A DNA stretch of 64,000 bases from Candidatus Moraniibacteriota bacterium (GTDB lineage: Bacteria; Patescibacteriota; Minisyncoccia; Moranbacterales; UBA1568): assembly GCA_963743885.1 (NCBI GenBank), contig CAVURJ010000001.1:566321-630320 (forward strand), in the 5' to 3' direction. The stretch's first letter is position 1. Each line of letters begins with the position of its first letter. The notes below the pieces were generated by a model, which saw nothing but the letters and a program-made list of their open reading frames with translations, searched no databases and was not told where the DNA came from. Position numbers and translations under genes: made by a program. Positions 46,927 through 54,773 of the stretch are shown here, piece by piece.

Positions 46927-47352
46927 ATGAGCAAAAAACTTCTTATGGCTTTAGGACTGATAACTCTCCTTGGGGGATGGCTTTTTTTTGTTCCTGCTAA
47001 GCCACAATTTCCGGTCGATTACCTACCACTCTATAGTGTTGATGATTATATTAATGGCAATGCTATTGCGCCCACGACCAAAAGGGAAAATTTCCTCAAG
47101 ACGTATATCTATGGATGGAAAGACTGGACCAAGGAGGGCCACGACCCGCTTATCACTGAAGACGATTGGATTATCGCTATGATTGATAGCGGTCAACAGA
47201 AAAAAGCCTGGGGAATTGAGTATTCTAAACAAGAGTTGTTGACTACAGCACAAAAGGAAATAGAGTGGAGACAAAAAGTAAACAAAGATGGTCATAGAGA
47301 TAAAGAAATCGCTCGAATACAAAGTTTCATCGATATCCTCTCAAAGCACTAG
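46927..47352 (+). CDS. Hypothetical secreted or membrane-anchored protein in an AT-rich patch
   Basis: MSKKLLMALGLITLLGGWLFFVPA signal/anchor sequence. No domain recognised. The ORF track starts the frame at 46849. Confidence 0.4.
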   Translation: MSKKLLMALGLITLLGGWLFFVPAKPQFPVDYLPLYSVDDYINGNAIAPTTKRENFLKTYIYGWKDWTKEGHDPLITEDDWIIAMIDSGQQKKAWGIEYSKQELLTTAQKEIEWRQKVNKDGHRDKEIARIQSFIDILSKH

Positions 47353-47461
47353 CATACGGTCATTGCCTGCCTGCGGGCTGATGGCGGGACTCCCGTAGGT
47401 AATCCCAACACGGAAGTCTGTACCACTTACGGGCGATATTCGAAGAAGTAGTTTCCTTCCT

Positions 47462-47493
47462 CATCCGAGAAGTCTCTCGGATGGGGATTTTTT
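47462..47493 (+). terminator. Rho-independent terminator
   Basis: CATCCGAGA agtc TCTCGGATG, then GGGATTTTTT. Confidence 0.75.
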
Positions 47494-47546
47494 CTTGCCT
47501 TTTCGCTTGGAAAAGGCTAAAATATGGCTACTATCTTGTGAAAACA

Positions 47547-47680
47547 CTATGCCTGGTAGTAGAACTTCGACCGAGCATTCAGAATTATTACAAAAAGGCA
47601 GGTATTTCCGATATAACAAGAACTAATCAATCTTCCTCGATTTCATAAGAAATTGTCGAAGTTTCACTGACTTAGGTATG
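47547..47680 (+). promoter_or_regulatory. Long-range inverted repeat, copy C. The 5' arm is ctatgcctggtagtagaacttcga (47547-47570) and the 3' arm is tcgaagtttcactgacttaggtATG (47656-47680), containing the lysS start codon
   Basis: The match between arms is less perfect than in copies A and B: an 8-bp perfect core AACTTCGA plus flanking matches. Confidence 0.5.
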
Positions 47681-49138
47681 CGCGAAGACATTCTGGCGAC
47701 CAAAGAAGAAAAACTCGGTACCCTGACTAAGGCTTTCGGGACAGCGTATCCGGAGCAGTGCGGCCGTACCCACGCCGTGGCTGATGTACTCGGTGGCTTT
47801 GACGCACTTCTACAATCAGGCGACCAGGTGACGATTGCGGGCCGTGTGAAGTCTCTTCGCATGATGGGCAAGATCGGTTTCGCACACATCGAGGATGGGA
47901 GCGGCAAGATGCAGATTTTTCTTTCCGAGCAGGCGACCGGTCTGGATACGCTCAAGCTCTTTGCAGATACTATCGAGATTGGCGATTTCGTCGAGGCGAC
48001 CGGTAAGGCGTTCCTGACCAAGAAGGAAGAGAAGACGATCGAGGTGGCTGGCTGGAAGATCCTCGGTAAGTCCATGCGTCCGATCCCGACCGAGCACTTC
48101 GGACTCCAGGATGAGGAGGAGAAGCTTCGCCGCCGCTATCTTGATTTGCTTTCCAATCCTGAGACGCGCGATATCTTTGTGAAGAAGAATGCTTTCTGGC
48201 AGACGGTACGTACGTTGCTCTCGAGCGAGAAGTTTCTTGAGGTCCAGACGCCAGTCCTCGAGCATATCCCGGGCGGCGCCGAAGCCGAGCCGTTCGTCAC
48301 GCATCACAATGCGCTCGATGCTGATTTTTATCTTCGCATCTCACTCGAGCTTTCGCTCAAGCGTCTCCTGGTCGGCGGATACGAGCGGGTCTTCGAGATC
48401 GGTCGCGTCTTCCGCAACGAGGGCATCGACCGCGAGCATCTCCAGGAGTTCGACCACATGGAGTTCTATGCGGCCTATATGGACATGGAGCAGGGTATGG
48501 CGCTTGTGGAGAAGATGTATCGGGATATCGTGCGCGCGGTCGCTGGCGAGGCTTTGACGACTTCGTACGAGGGCGAGACGATCGATTGGTCGAAGCCATT
48601 CCCGCGCGTCGACTATTTCACCGAATTTAAGAAAGAGACTGATATCGATCTTTCGGATGACGTCAGCGTCGAGGAACTCCAGAAGAAAGCCGATGAGCTC
48701 GGTATCAAGTACGAGAAGAATTACGGTCTCGGTCGCATGATCGATACGCTTTACAAGAAGACGGTCCGTCAGCGCCTGATGCAGCCGTGCCTCCTCGTGG
48801 GACATCCGCTCGCGGTATCGCCCTTGGCGAAGATCGACCCGAAGGATCCGAAGAAGGTGCTTCGCTTCCAGCCGGTCGCGGTCCGAAGCGAGCTCGGCAA
48901 CGGGTTTGCAGAGCTCAATGATCCGGCCGACCAGCGTCGCCGTTTCGAAGAGCAGATGAAGCTCCGCGCCGCGGGCGATGCCGAAGGTATGATGCTCGAT
49001 GAGGATTTCCTCGAAGCGCTCGAATACGGCATGCCGCCGGCGTGCGGCTTCGGCATGAGCGAACGGCTCTTCGCTATTCTCATGGATCGATCCGTTCGCG
49101 AGACGGTCATCTTCCCGCCGATGAAGGGGAGGGAGTAG
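47678..49138 (+). CDS. lysS: Lysyl-tRNA synthetase, class II
   Basis: An OB-fold anticodon-binding N-domain, and class II motifs (FRNEGIDREHLQEFDHMEFY; GFGMSERL). Confidence 0.9.
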   Translation: MREDILATKEEKLGTLTKAFGTAYPEQCGRTHAVADVLGGFDALLQSGDQVTIAGRVKSLRMMGKIGFAHIEDGSGKMQIFLSEQATGLDTLKLFADTIEIGDFVEATGKAFLTKKEEKTIEVAGWKILGKSMRPIPTEHFGLQDEEEKLRRRYLDLLSNPETRDIFVKKNAFWQTVRTLLSSEKFLEVQTPVLEHIPGGAEAEPFVTHHNALDADFYLRISLELSLKRLLVGGYERVFEIGRVFRNEGIDREHLQEFDHMEFYAAYMDMEQGMALVEKMYRDIVRAVAGEALTTSYEGETIDWSKPFPRVDYFTEFKKETDIDLSDDVSVEELQKKADELGIKYEKNYGLGRMIDTLYKKTVRQRLMQPCLLVGHPLAVSPLAKIDPKDPKKVLRFQPVAVRSELGNGFAELNDPADQRRRFEEQMKLRAAGDAEGMMLDEDFLEALEYGMPPACGFGMSERLFAILMDRSVRETVIFPPMKGRE

Positions 49139-49275
49139 TATTTTGTATAGTGTATTAAGTATTATGTATGAAGAGAGCAAGGCTTTGCCTTGCCAAACGC
49201 TTTAAAATAGATTAAAGTTTCTGGGTGCTTTTGTCGCACAATACGCGATACGGCATACGTGATATAGATGAGTTT

Positions 49276-49341
49276 GGATGATTAGCTCAGTTGGTTACCC
49301 GCCCGAACGTACCGTTCGGTACGGGCGGGGAGCACAGCATT
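49276..49341 (+). other. tRNA-like 5' fragment (acceptor GGATGAT, D-arm GCTC-AGTTGGTTA-GAGC) carrying a 32-nt GC-rich palindromic insert in the D-loop
   Basis: GGATGATTAGCTCAGTTGGTTA [cccgcccgaacgtaccgttcggtacgggcggg] GAGCACAGCATT. The anticodon stem cannot close, so this is not a functional tRNA as written. Confidence 0.45.
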
Positions 49342-49349
49342 AACAACCT

Positions 49350-49423
49350 GGTCGCATAGTTCAGTTGGTTAGAACGTTCGATTCACATTCGAAAGGTCCC
49401 TGGTTCGAGTCCAGGTGCGACCA
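49350..49423 (+). tRNA. tRNA-Val (anticodon CAC)
   Basis: Clean cloverleaf: acceptor GGTCGCA/TGCGACC, D-arm AGTTCAGTTGGTTAGAACG, anticodon stem TTCGA/TCGAA with loop TTCACAT, T-arm CCTGG-TTCGAGT-CCAGG, discriminator A. No CCA is encoded. Confidence 0.85.
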
Positions 49424-49440
49424 CAGGAGGAGTTTAAGTG

Positions 49441-49560
49441 GTTCAGTTTCTGCTCGGAGTTGAGCAGTTGGTTACCCGCCCGTACCGAACGGTACGTTCG
49501 GGCGGGGAGCACAGCATTCACATTGCTGGGGTCACTGGTTCGAATCCAGTATTGTCCACA
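49441..49560 (+). other. tRNA-derived partial duplicate: D-loop, the 32-nt insert in reverse orientation, and a tRNA-Val(CAC) 3' portion (CAGCATTCACATTGCTG-GGGTC-ACTGGTTCGAATCCAGT-ATTGTCC)
   Basis: It shares a 40-nt exact block with 49613-49653. No matching 5' acceptor strand is present. Confidence 0.45.
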
Positions 49561-49564
49561 GGAG

Positions 49565-49662
49565 GTTCAGTTTCCGCCAAAGGTGGACCCGCCTCAGGCG
49601 GGGGTTAGAGCGCAGCATTCACATTGCTGGGGTCACTGGTTCGAATCCAGTATCATCCGCAA
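49565..49662 (+). other. tRNA-derived partial duplicate: 3' portion of tRNA-Val(CAC), whose acceptor strand ATCATCC is perfectly complementary to the GGATGAT at 49276
   Basis: ...GAGCGCAGCATTCACATTGCTGGGGTCACTGGTTCGAATCCAGTATCATCCG. Joining 49276-49297 to this 3' portion would reconstitute a perfect 73-nt tRNA-Val(CAC). Confidence 0.45.
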
Positions 49663-49761
49663 AGGTTCACTGGTTCAGAGTCCCCGCCCGAAATCCTCTG
49701 TGTTTAGCACTTCTGCGTACACTTATTAGATTTTCATCTTGATCTGCGCTATTATTGAGAT

Positions 49762-49998
49762 ATGAATAAAAAAGCTTTGCAAAAAAGTCTCATCAGTAAG
49801 GTTGCCTCAAAAGGTGCCGTAAAAAAGAATGTCACCGCCTTTGAGGTATATGGTAACTATAGAAAAGCCGCGGATATTATTGAGCGTGTTGATTTTGCTT
49901 CGGGCAAGAGAGTTATTTTCAAGTCAGATACTGGCTCCACGCTGAATTTTGAGATTAACCGTCATGGAGCCTACTCCACAACAGCGCAAACGATTTAG
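49762..49998 (+). CDS. Hypothetical small protein in a low-GC islet
   Basis: 78 aa, AT-rich, overlapping the next ORF in another frame. It may instead be a frameshifted N-terminal piece of that gene. Confidence 0.3.
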   Translation: MNKKALQKSLISKVASKGAVKKNVTAFEVYGNYRKAADIIERVDFASGKRVIFKSDTGSTLNFEINRHGAYSTTAQTI

Positions 49999-50977
49999 GA
50001 CGACGCAGGATTGGAATGACTACCTTGGTCCGCTTCTCCAATCTGGTACTCCCATCACAGGAGGACAGCTATTTGATTTGCGGAAGGCGTGCTATGTCGA
50101 GATTGAATCACTACGCGGTCGCCCGCTTCTCGTATACGCAACAAAGTTTTTGGAAGGTGTCTTTCCGGGCACGCCGAATCAAATTGATCTGCCGGATATT
50201 GATGGATTTACTGATCTCATCAACTCCATATCCGATTCTGATTCAGTAGATATCTTACTCCATAGTCCGGGTGGGCGTCCCGACGCAACAGAGCGCATCG
50301 TAGAGATACTTCGCAACAAGTTCAAGGAAGTTCACTTTCTTGTCCCGCACTCCGCGTATTCAGCGGCTACCATGCTCGCGCTCTCTGGCGATACTATTGT
50401 TTTGCACCCGAGCGCAACTCTTGGCCCGATTGACCCACAACTTGGTATTCCGACCAAGGAGGGTATGGTGCGCTTTACGCCAGCAAAATCTATTCTCAAT
50501 GGCTTTGCAAAAGCGAAAGCCGTTCTCAAAAAGGAGGGGCCGGAATCTCTTCCTGCTTATATCCCGCTTATTGAGAAATATTCCCTTGACCTGCTCGAAT
50601 TATGTGAGGATTCCGAGAAACTCTCGAAGGATTTGGTGTCTTCATGGCTCAGGAAATATATGTTTGCTGGAGAGCATGGCGCTCCGCTCACTCGCAAGGT
50701 AAAGAAAATTGCCAATTTCTTTTCAGATTACGACACCCATCACAGTCATTCACGCTCTTTGTCGCCAGCTAAACTCCAAAATGGGTTTGGCTTGAAAGTA
50801 GAAGTTGCGGATGATGGACTTTGCGATTTGCTTTGGGAGGCACATATTTTACTCAGTGGGTTTTTTAACGCAAGCCAGTTCGTTAAACTTTATGAAAGCA
50901 CTCATGGAGTATCGTGGGGTAAACAATTTCAAGTAACGCTTGCTCCACAACAAGCTCCTCAGCAGAAACCGAAATAA
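49964..50977 (+). CDS. ClpP/S49-fold serine peptidase-like protein (SDH 'serine dehydrogenase proteinase' family-like)
   Basis: LLHSPGGRPDATERIVEIL...HFLVPHSAYSAATMLALSGDTIVLHPSATLGPIDPQ resembles the S49/SppA-ClpP fold nucleophile region. It sits in a low-GC region adjacent to the tRNA fragments. Confidence 0.5.
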   Translation: MEPTPQQRKRFRTTQDWNDYLGPLLQSGTPITGGQLFDLRKACYVEIESLRGRPLLVYATKFLEGVFPGTPNQIDLPDIDGFTDLINSISDSDSVDILLHSPGGRPDATERIVEILRNKFKEVHFLVPHSAYSAATMLALSGDTIVLHPSATLGPIDPQLGIPTKEGMVRFTPAKSILNGFAKAKAVLKKEGPESLPAYIPLIEKYSLDLLELCEDSEKLSKDLVSSWLRKYMFAGEHGAPLTRKVKKIANFFSDYDTHHSHSRSLSPAKLQNGFGLKVEVADDGLCDLLWEAHILLSGFFNASQFVKLYESTHGVSWGKQFQVTLAPQQAPQQKPK

Positions 50978-51107
50978 TAAGGAATGAGGGAGAGCGGCTC
51001 TGTTGGGGGCTTTTCTTTTTGCTTTTTTCAGCCAAAACCGCTACACTAGGAGCTGTAATCACCGTTTTTCTTGATTCTTGTCTCTTGATTCTTTACTCTT
51101 CTTCAAT

Positions 51108-52442
51108 ATGTTAGATATCCAATTCATCCGCACCAATAAGGAAAGAATCGCCGAGGCGGCGAAGAATAAGAACCTGTCTTTCGACGTGGAGGCGCTCTTA
51201 GTGAAGGATCAGGAGCGCGTAGCGCTGCTCCAGGAGATCGAGGAGCTCAAGTCGCTCAAGAATGACATCAACGAGCTGATACAGAAGGCCGCGACGCCTG
51301 AGGAGCGCACAGAGATCATCGCGAAGGGCAAGGAGATCAAAGCGAAGCTTGATGAGGTTGAACCGCGCTATGCTGCGGTCAAGGAAGAGTATGTCGAGCT
51401 CATGGCTCAGGTGCCGAATATCGTCTCTCCGGATACGCCAGTAGGCAAGACCGATGCGGAGAATGTCGAGATCATGCAGTGGGGGACGAAGCCTGCTTTC
51501 GAGTTTACACCGCGCACGCATATCGAGCTCGGCGAGATGCTCGATATCATCGACTTCGAGCGTGGGACCAAGGTCTCTGGCTATCGCGGCTACTATCTCA
51601 AGAACGAAGGCACGCTCCTCGTGATGGGGCTCATGCTCTATGCGATCCAGAAGATGGTATCCAAGGGTTATGCGCCGATGATTCCGCCGACCCTCGTGAA
51701 GGGCTTCCCGCTTTTCGGCAGCGGCTACTTCAAGGGGCTCGAGTATGACGGTGGCGTCGATGAGATCTATCAGGTCGCGACATCTGACAAAGAGGCTGAT
51801 GGCAGCGCATCCAAGGAATCAAAGTTCTTGGTCGGGACGGCTGAGCCGTCACTTCTCGCCTATTATTCCGGCGAGGTGCTCGATGGCGCCACGCTTCCGA
51901 TGCGGCTCGCTGGATTCAGCCAGTGCTATCGGAGCGAGATTGGCAGCTATGGCAAGGATACCAAGGGCATGTACCGCGTGCACGAGTTCTTCAAGGTGGA
52001 GCAGGTGGTCATCGCGCCAGCCGATATCGAGGCGGTCGATGCACTCCAGGAAGAGATGATCGGCATTTCCGAAGAGATGCATCGCGAGCTCGGGCTGCCA
52101 TACCGCAAGATCCAGATCTGCACGGGTGATATGAGTGCTGGCAAGTACCGCGCATTCGATCTCGAGGCTTGGATGCCGGGCATGGACCGCTACGGCGAGA
52201 CCGGTTCTGCTTCTGATTTCCTCGATTGGCAGTCGCGTCGTCTGGATGTGAAATACAAGGACGCTGCGACCGGCGAGCGCAAGCATGCCTATATGCTCAA
52301 CAACACTGCTTTGCCGAGTCCGCGCATTCTGATCGCTATTCTCGAGAATTACCAGCAGGCGGATGGCTCGGTCGTTGTGCCGGAAGTCCTCCGTCCGTTC
52401 GTCGGCAAGGATGTGATTGTTCAGAAAACAGCCAACAAATAA
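51108..52442 (+). CDS. serS: Seryl-tRNA synthetase
   Basis: An N-terminal coiled-coil tRNA-binding arm, and class II motifs (FRSEIGSYGKDTKGMYRVHEF; GSAS). The ORF track starts the frame at 51078. Confidence 0.9.
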   Translation: MLDIQFIRTNKERIAEAAKNKNLSFDVEALLVKDQERVALLQEIEELKSLKNDINELIQKAATPEERTEIIAKGKEIKAKLDEVEPRYAAVKEEYVELMAQVPNIVSPDTPVGKTDAENVEIMQWGTKPAFEFTPRTHIELGEMLDIIDFERGTKVSGYRGYYLKNEGTLLVMGLMLYAIQKMVSKGYAPMIPPTLVKGFPLFGSGYFKGLEYDGGVDEIYQVATSDKEADGSASKESKFLVGTAEPSLLAYYSGEVLDGATLPMRLAGFSQCYRSEIGSYGKDTKGMYRVHEFFKVEQVVIAPADIEAVDALQEEMIGISEEMHRELGLPYRKIQICTGDMSAGKYRAFDLEAWMPGMDRYGETGSASDFLDWQSRRLDVKYKDAATGERKHAYMLNNTALPSPRILIAILENYQQADGSVVVPEVLRPFVGKDVIVQKTANK

Positions 52443-52536
52443 CAGTCAACAAGGGAAGAGGTTGGTCACGTCTTGGTCTTGATTTTGTTTGGTTTTTGTT
52501 GTTAACTGCTTAATGTTGTCTGTTGATTGAAATTTC
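52443..52536. repeat. Low-complexity imperfect inverted repeat spacer (acagtcaacaag / cttgttgac... words)
   Basis: The same word family recurs at 53948-54103 and 30600-30665. Confidence 0.4.
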
Positions 52537-52609
52537 GGGTGCGTAGCTCAGTCGGTAGAGCAGTGGCCTTTTAAGCCAACGGTCGAGGGTTCGATTCCCC
52601 CCGCACCCA
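52537..52609 (+). tRNA. tRNA-Lys (anticodon TTT)
   Basis: Acceptor GGGTGCG/CGCACCC, D-arm GCTC-AGTCGGTA-GAGC, anticodon stem GTGGC/GCCAA with loop CTTTTAA, T-arm GAGGG-TTCGATT-CCCCC, discriminator A. Confidence 0.85.
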
Positions 52610-52611
52610 CA

Positions 52612-52770
52612 ATTTTTCCCCCGCGGAGTACGCAAATGGCTTTGCGTATGCGGGGAATCGAAGGGTATTCCAGTGCTTTTTCAGCAGAAAAAGACGGAAT
52701 ACCGGGGTCGAGGAGTCCGGGCGCGACGGCGCACGGATGAGGTAACCGATTCCCTGTATTCACTCAAAAT
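52612..52770 (+). ncRNA. Candidate structured RNA or structured spacer downstream of tRNA-Lys (three strong hairpins); identity unknown
   Basis: Hairpins CCCGC-GGAG-TACGCAAA...TTTGCGTA-T-GCGGG, GTATTCC...CTTTTT-cagcag-AAAAAG...GGAATAC, and TCCG-GGCGC-gacg-GCGC-ACGGA. The region ends at a bidirectional terminator. Confidence 0.25.
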
Positions 52771-52771
52771 A

Positions 52772-52800
52772 GGAAAAAGGCTTCGAGAGAAGCCTTTTTT
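52772..52800. terminator. Bidirectional rho-independent terminator
   Basis: AAAAAGGCTTC gaga GAAGCCTTTTTT. Confidence 0.7.
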
Positions 52801-52855
52801 CTTTTGTATTGAGGATTTTACTGGTATAATAGGAAAGTATTTAGTATAGATTCTT

Positions 52856-53947
52856 ATGATAAAGAAAATAGCGGCAGCGGTATTCGGAGCAATCGTGCTT
52901 TCTGGTTGTAGCGCGCCAATACCTGGTCCGAGTGGTGATAGGGGGAGTATTTGGAAATCGTTTGATGGTGGACAGACATTTTCTATACGATCGACAGTGG
53001 ATGAGACGCGTTCCATCTCGAGTGCCGATGTTCTTTCATTTTCTTTTCATCCGCACGATTCTAGTATTATTTATATTGGCACGGTGGATAACGGTATTTT
53101 TAGGACAAAAAATGGCGGAGAGACTTGGGAGCCGATCGATTTTCCACCCAAGAAGATTTACAGCTTCATCCTCGATCGGAATGACCCGGACAATCGTATG
53201 TTCGCGTCTGGAATGATGAACAATGTTGGCAAGATCTACCGGACTGATGATACTGGGCAGAATTGGCGCGAGGTGTATTCGGAGCCGGGCACTGGCGCAG
53301 TCATGACGGCGGTCGCCGAGCATCCGCGTGATACCAATGTGCTCTTTGGTGGCACGAGCGCTGGTACGGTCGTGAAGAGCGTTGATGGCGGTGAGACATG
53401 GAAGAATATCGGCGCGACGCTTGATGGGCCGATCACTCAGTTCGTATTCGATGCCGATCGACCGTATGTTTTGTATGCTCTCATTTTCAATCGTCAGATC
53501 TTCTACTCTCCGGATGGTGGTGTTACTTGGGTTGATTGGGAGAAGGAGAAGTCGAAAGATGTTTCCGCGCGGACGTCTTCGTTAGTTGATCAGACGCTTT
53601 TAACCAAGGCTCCTGATGGTATCCTTTCGATTATACCGGACCCATTGGTTTCCGGAATGCTCTATGCTACGAAGCAGGGAGGTGTCTATCGCAGCCGCGA
53701 TTTCGGCAAGTACTGGGAGAAGCTCAATATCATCGAGAGCGCCGAGAAACTTCCGATTCGATCGTTCGCTGTCAACCCGCATGATTCGAATGAGATTGTC
53801 TTTGTGGCCGGGAATGCATTTTATAAGTCGAAGAATGCCGGAGAGACCTGGTCGGTGACCGAGCTCGGCGTCGACAGGAGCGTTTCGGTGATTGCTTATG
53901 ATCCGATGCATCCGGAGATCATCTACCTAGCACTCCGCAAGCTGTAG
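52856..53947 (+). CDS. Lipoprotein with seven BNR/Asp-box repeats (predicted beta-propeller; Ycf48/sialidase-like fold)
   Basis: Signal peptide with an LSGC lipobox. Seven S/D-x-D/N-G-G-x-T-W repeats: FDGGQTF, KNGGETWE, DDTGQNWR, VDGGETWK, PDGGVTWV, RDFGKYWE, KNAGETWS. Confidence 0.7.
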   Translation: MIKKIAAAVFGAIVLSGCSAPIPGPSGDRGSIWKSFDGGQTFSIRSTVDETRSISSADVLSFSFHPHDSSIIYIGTVDNGIFRTKNGGETWEPIDFPPKKIYSFILDRNDPDNRMFASGMMNNVGKIYRTDDTGQNWREVYSEPGTGAVMTAVAEHPRDTNVLFGGTSAGTVVKSVDGGETWKNIGATLDGPITQFVFDADRPYVLYALIFNRQIFYSPDGGVTWVDWEKEKSKDVSARTSSLVDQTLLTKAPDGILSIIPDPLVSGMLYATKQGGVYRSRDFGKYWEKLNIIESAEKLPIRSFAVNPHDSNEIVFVAGNAFYKSKNAGETWSVTELGVDRSVSVIAYDPMHPEIIYLALRKL

Positions 53948-54103
53948 AGGCAGTCAACAATCAACAGTCAACGAGATACAGTTAGCAGGAAATATTAAAT
54001 AGTATGAAAAAAAGTAGCAATGATTTCAATACGGATTTTTCCGAGTGAATCCGTTTCTGTTAATTGTTAGTTGTTATCTGTTAACTGTTTTAACTGAACA
54101 TAT
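53948..54103. repeat. Low-complexity imperfect inverted repeat spacer (cagtcaacaatcaacagtcaacg / ctgttaattgttagttgttatctgttaactg)
   Basis: Read directly from the sequence. Confidence 0.45.
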
Positions 54104-54661
54104 ATGGTGAAAGAACTGATAGATGGGAAGAGGGAGAGTTTCGAGAATGCCGTGACGCATTTCGCTGAGGAGGCGACCAAGCTTCGCACCGGCCGCGCCA
54201 ATCCGGCGCTCGTCGAGCACATCATGGTCGATTATTACGGTACCAAGACGCCGCTTCTCCAGATCGCGAGCATCAGCATCCCTGAGGCGCGGCAGATCCT
54301 TATCCAGCCGTGGGACAAGGGTGCGATGCAGCCGATCGAGACCGCGATCCGCGATTCCGACCTTGGTCTCAACCCTGGCAATGATGGTCAGAACATCCGT
54401 ATCGTACTACCAGCGCTCAATGAGGAACGTCGCCGCGACCTGGTGAAGTCGCTCGGCGCTCGTGCCGAAGAGGCCCGCATCGCCATCCGCACCGTTCGTG
54501 AGGATGTTTGGAAGGAGATCCAGGATCTTGAGAAGGAGGGCGTAATCAGCGAGGATGACAAATTCCAGGGCAAGGACGCGCTCCAGAAGGTCATCGATGA
54601 ATACAATTCCCGAATCGAGGATTTGCGTGTTAAAAAAGAACAAGAGATACTTACAGTATAG
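54104..54661 (+). CDS. frr: Ribosome recycling factor
   Basis: 185 aa with the conserved IRIVLPALNEERRRDLVK... pattern. Confidence 0.9.
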   Translation: MVKELIDGKRESFENAVTHFAEEATKLRTGRANPALVEHIMVDYYGTKTPLLQIASISIPEARQILIQPWDKGAMQPIETAIRDSDLGLNPGNDGQNIRIVLPALNEERRRDLVKSLGARAEEARIAIRTVREDVWKEIQDLEKEGVISEDDKFQGKDALQKVIDEYNSRIEDLRVKKEQEILTV

Positions 54662-54773
54662 TAACGAGTAATTGGTAACCGGTAACTGGGTAGGAATCAT
54701 GTTTTTGTGGCATTTCCTAGTTACGAGTTGCTAGTTACAAATTACTTTTTTAAGTTTATAAAACGATGTTGGC
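54662..54773. repeat. Low-complexity imperfect inverted repeat spacer (taacgagtaattggtaaccggtaactgg / ttcctagttacgagttgctagttac)
   Basis: Read directly from the sequence. Confidence 0.45.

Noticed and set aside
49276-49341. A functional tRNA-Val(AAC) with a D-loop intron
   Set aside because: After the insert is removed the anticodon stem 3' strand (CCTGG) cannot pair with CAGCA, and no T-arm follows before the next tRNA begins. It is kept only as a tRNA-derived fragment.
49441-49662. CRISPR-like array, on account of the repeated 40-mers
   Set aside because: Only two copies are present, the repeat unit is a tRNA 3' half, and there is no regular repeat-spacer periodicity. Partial tRNA duplication explains it better.
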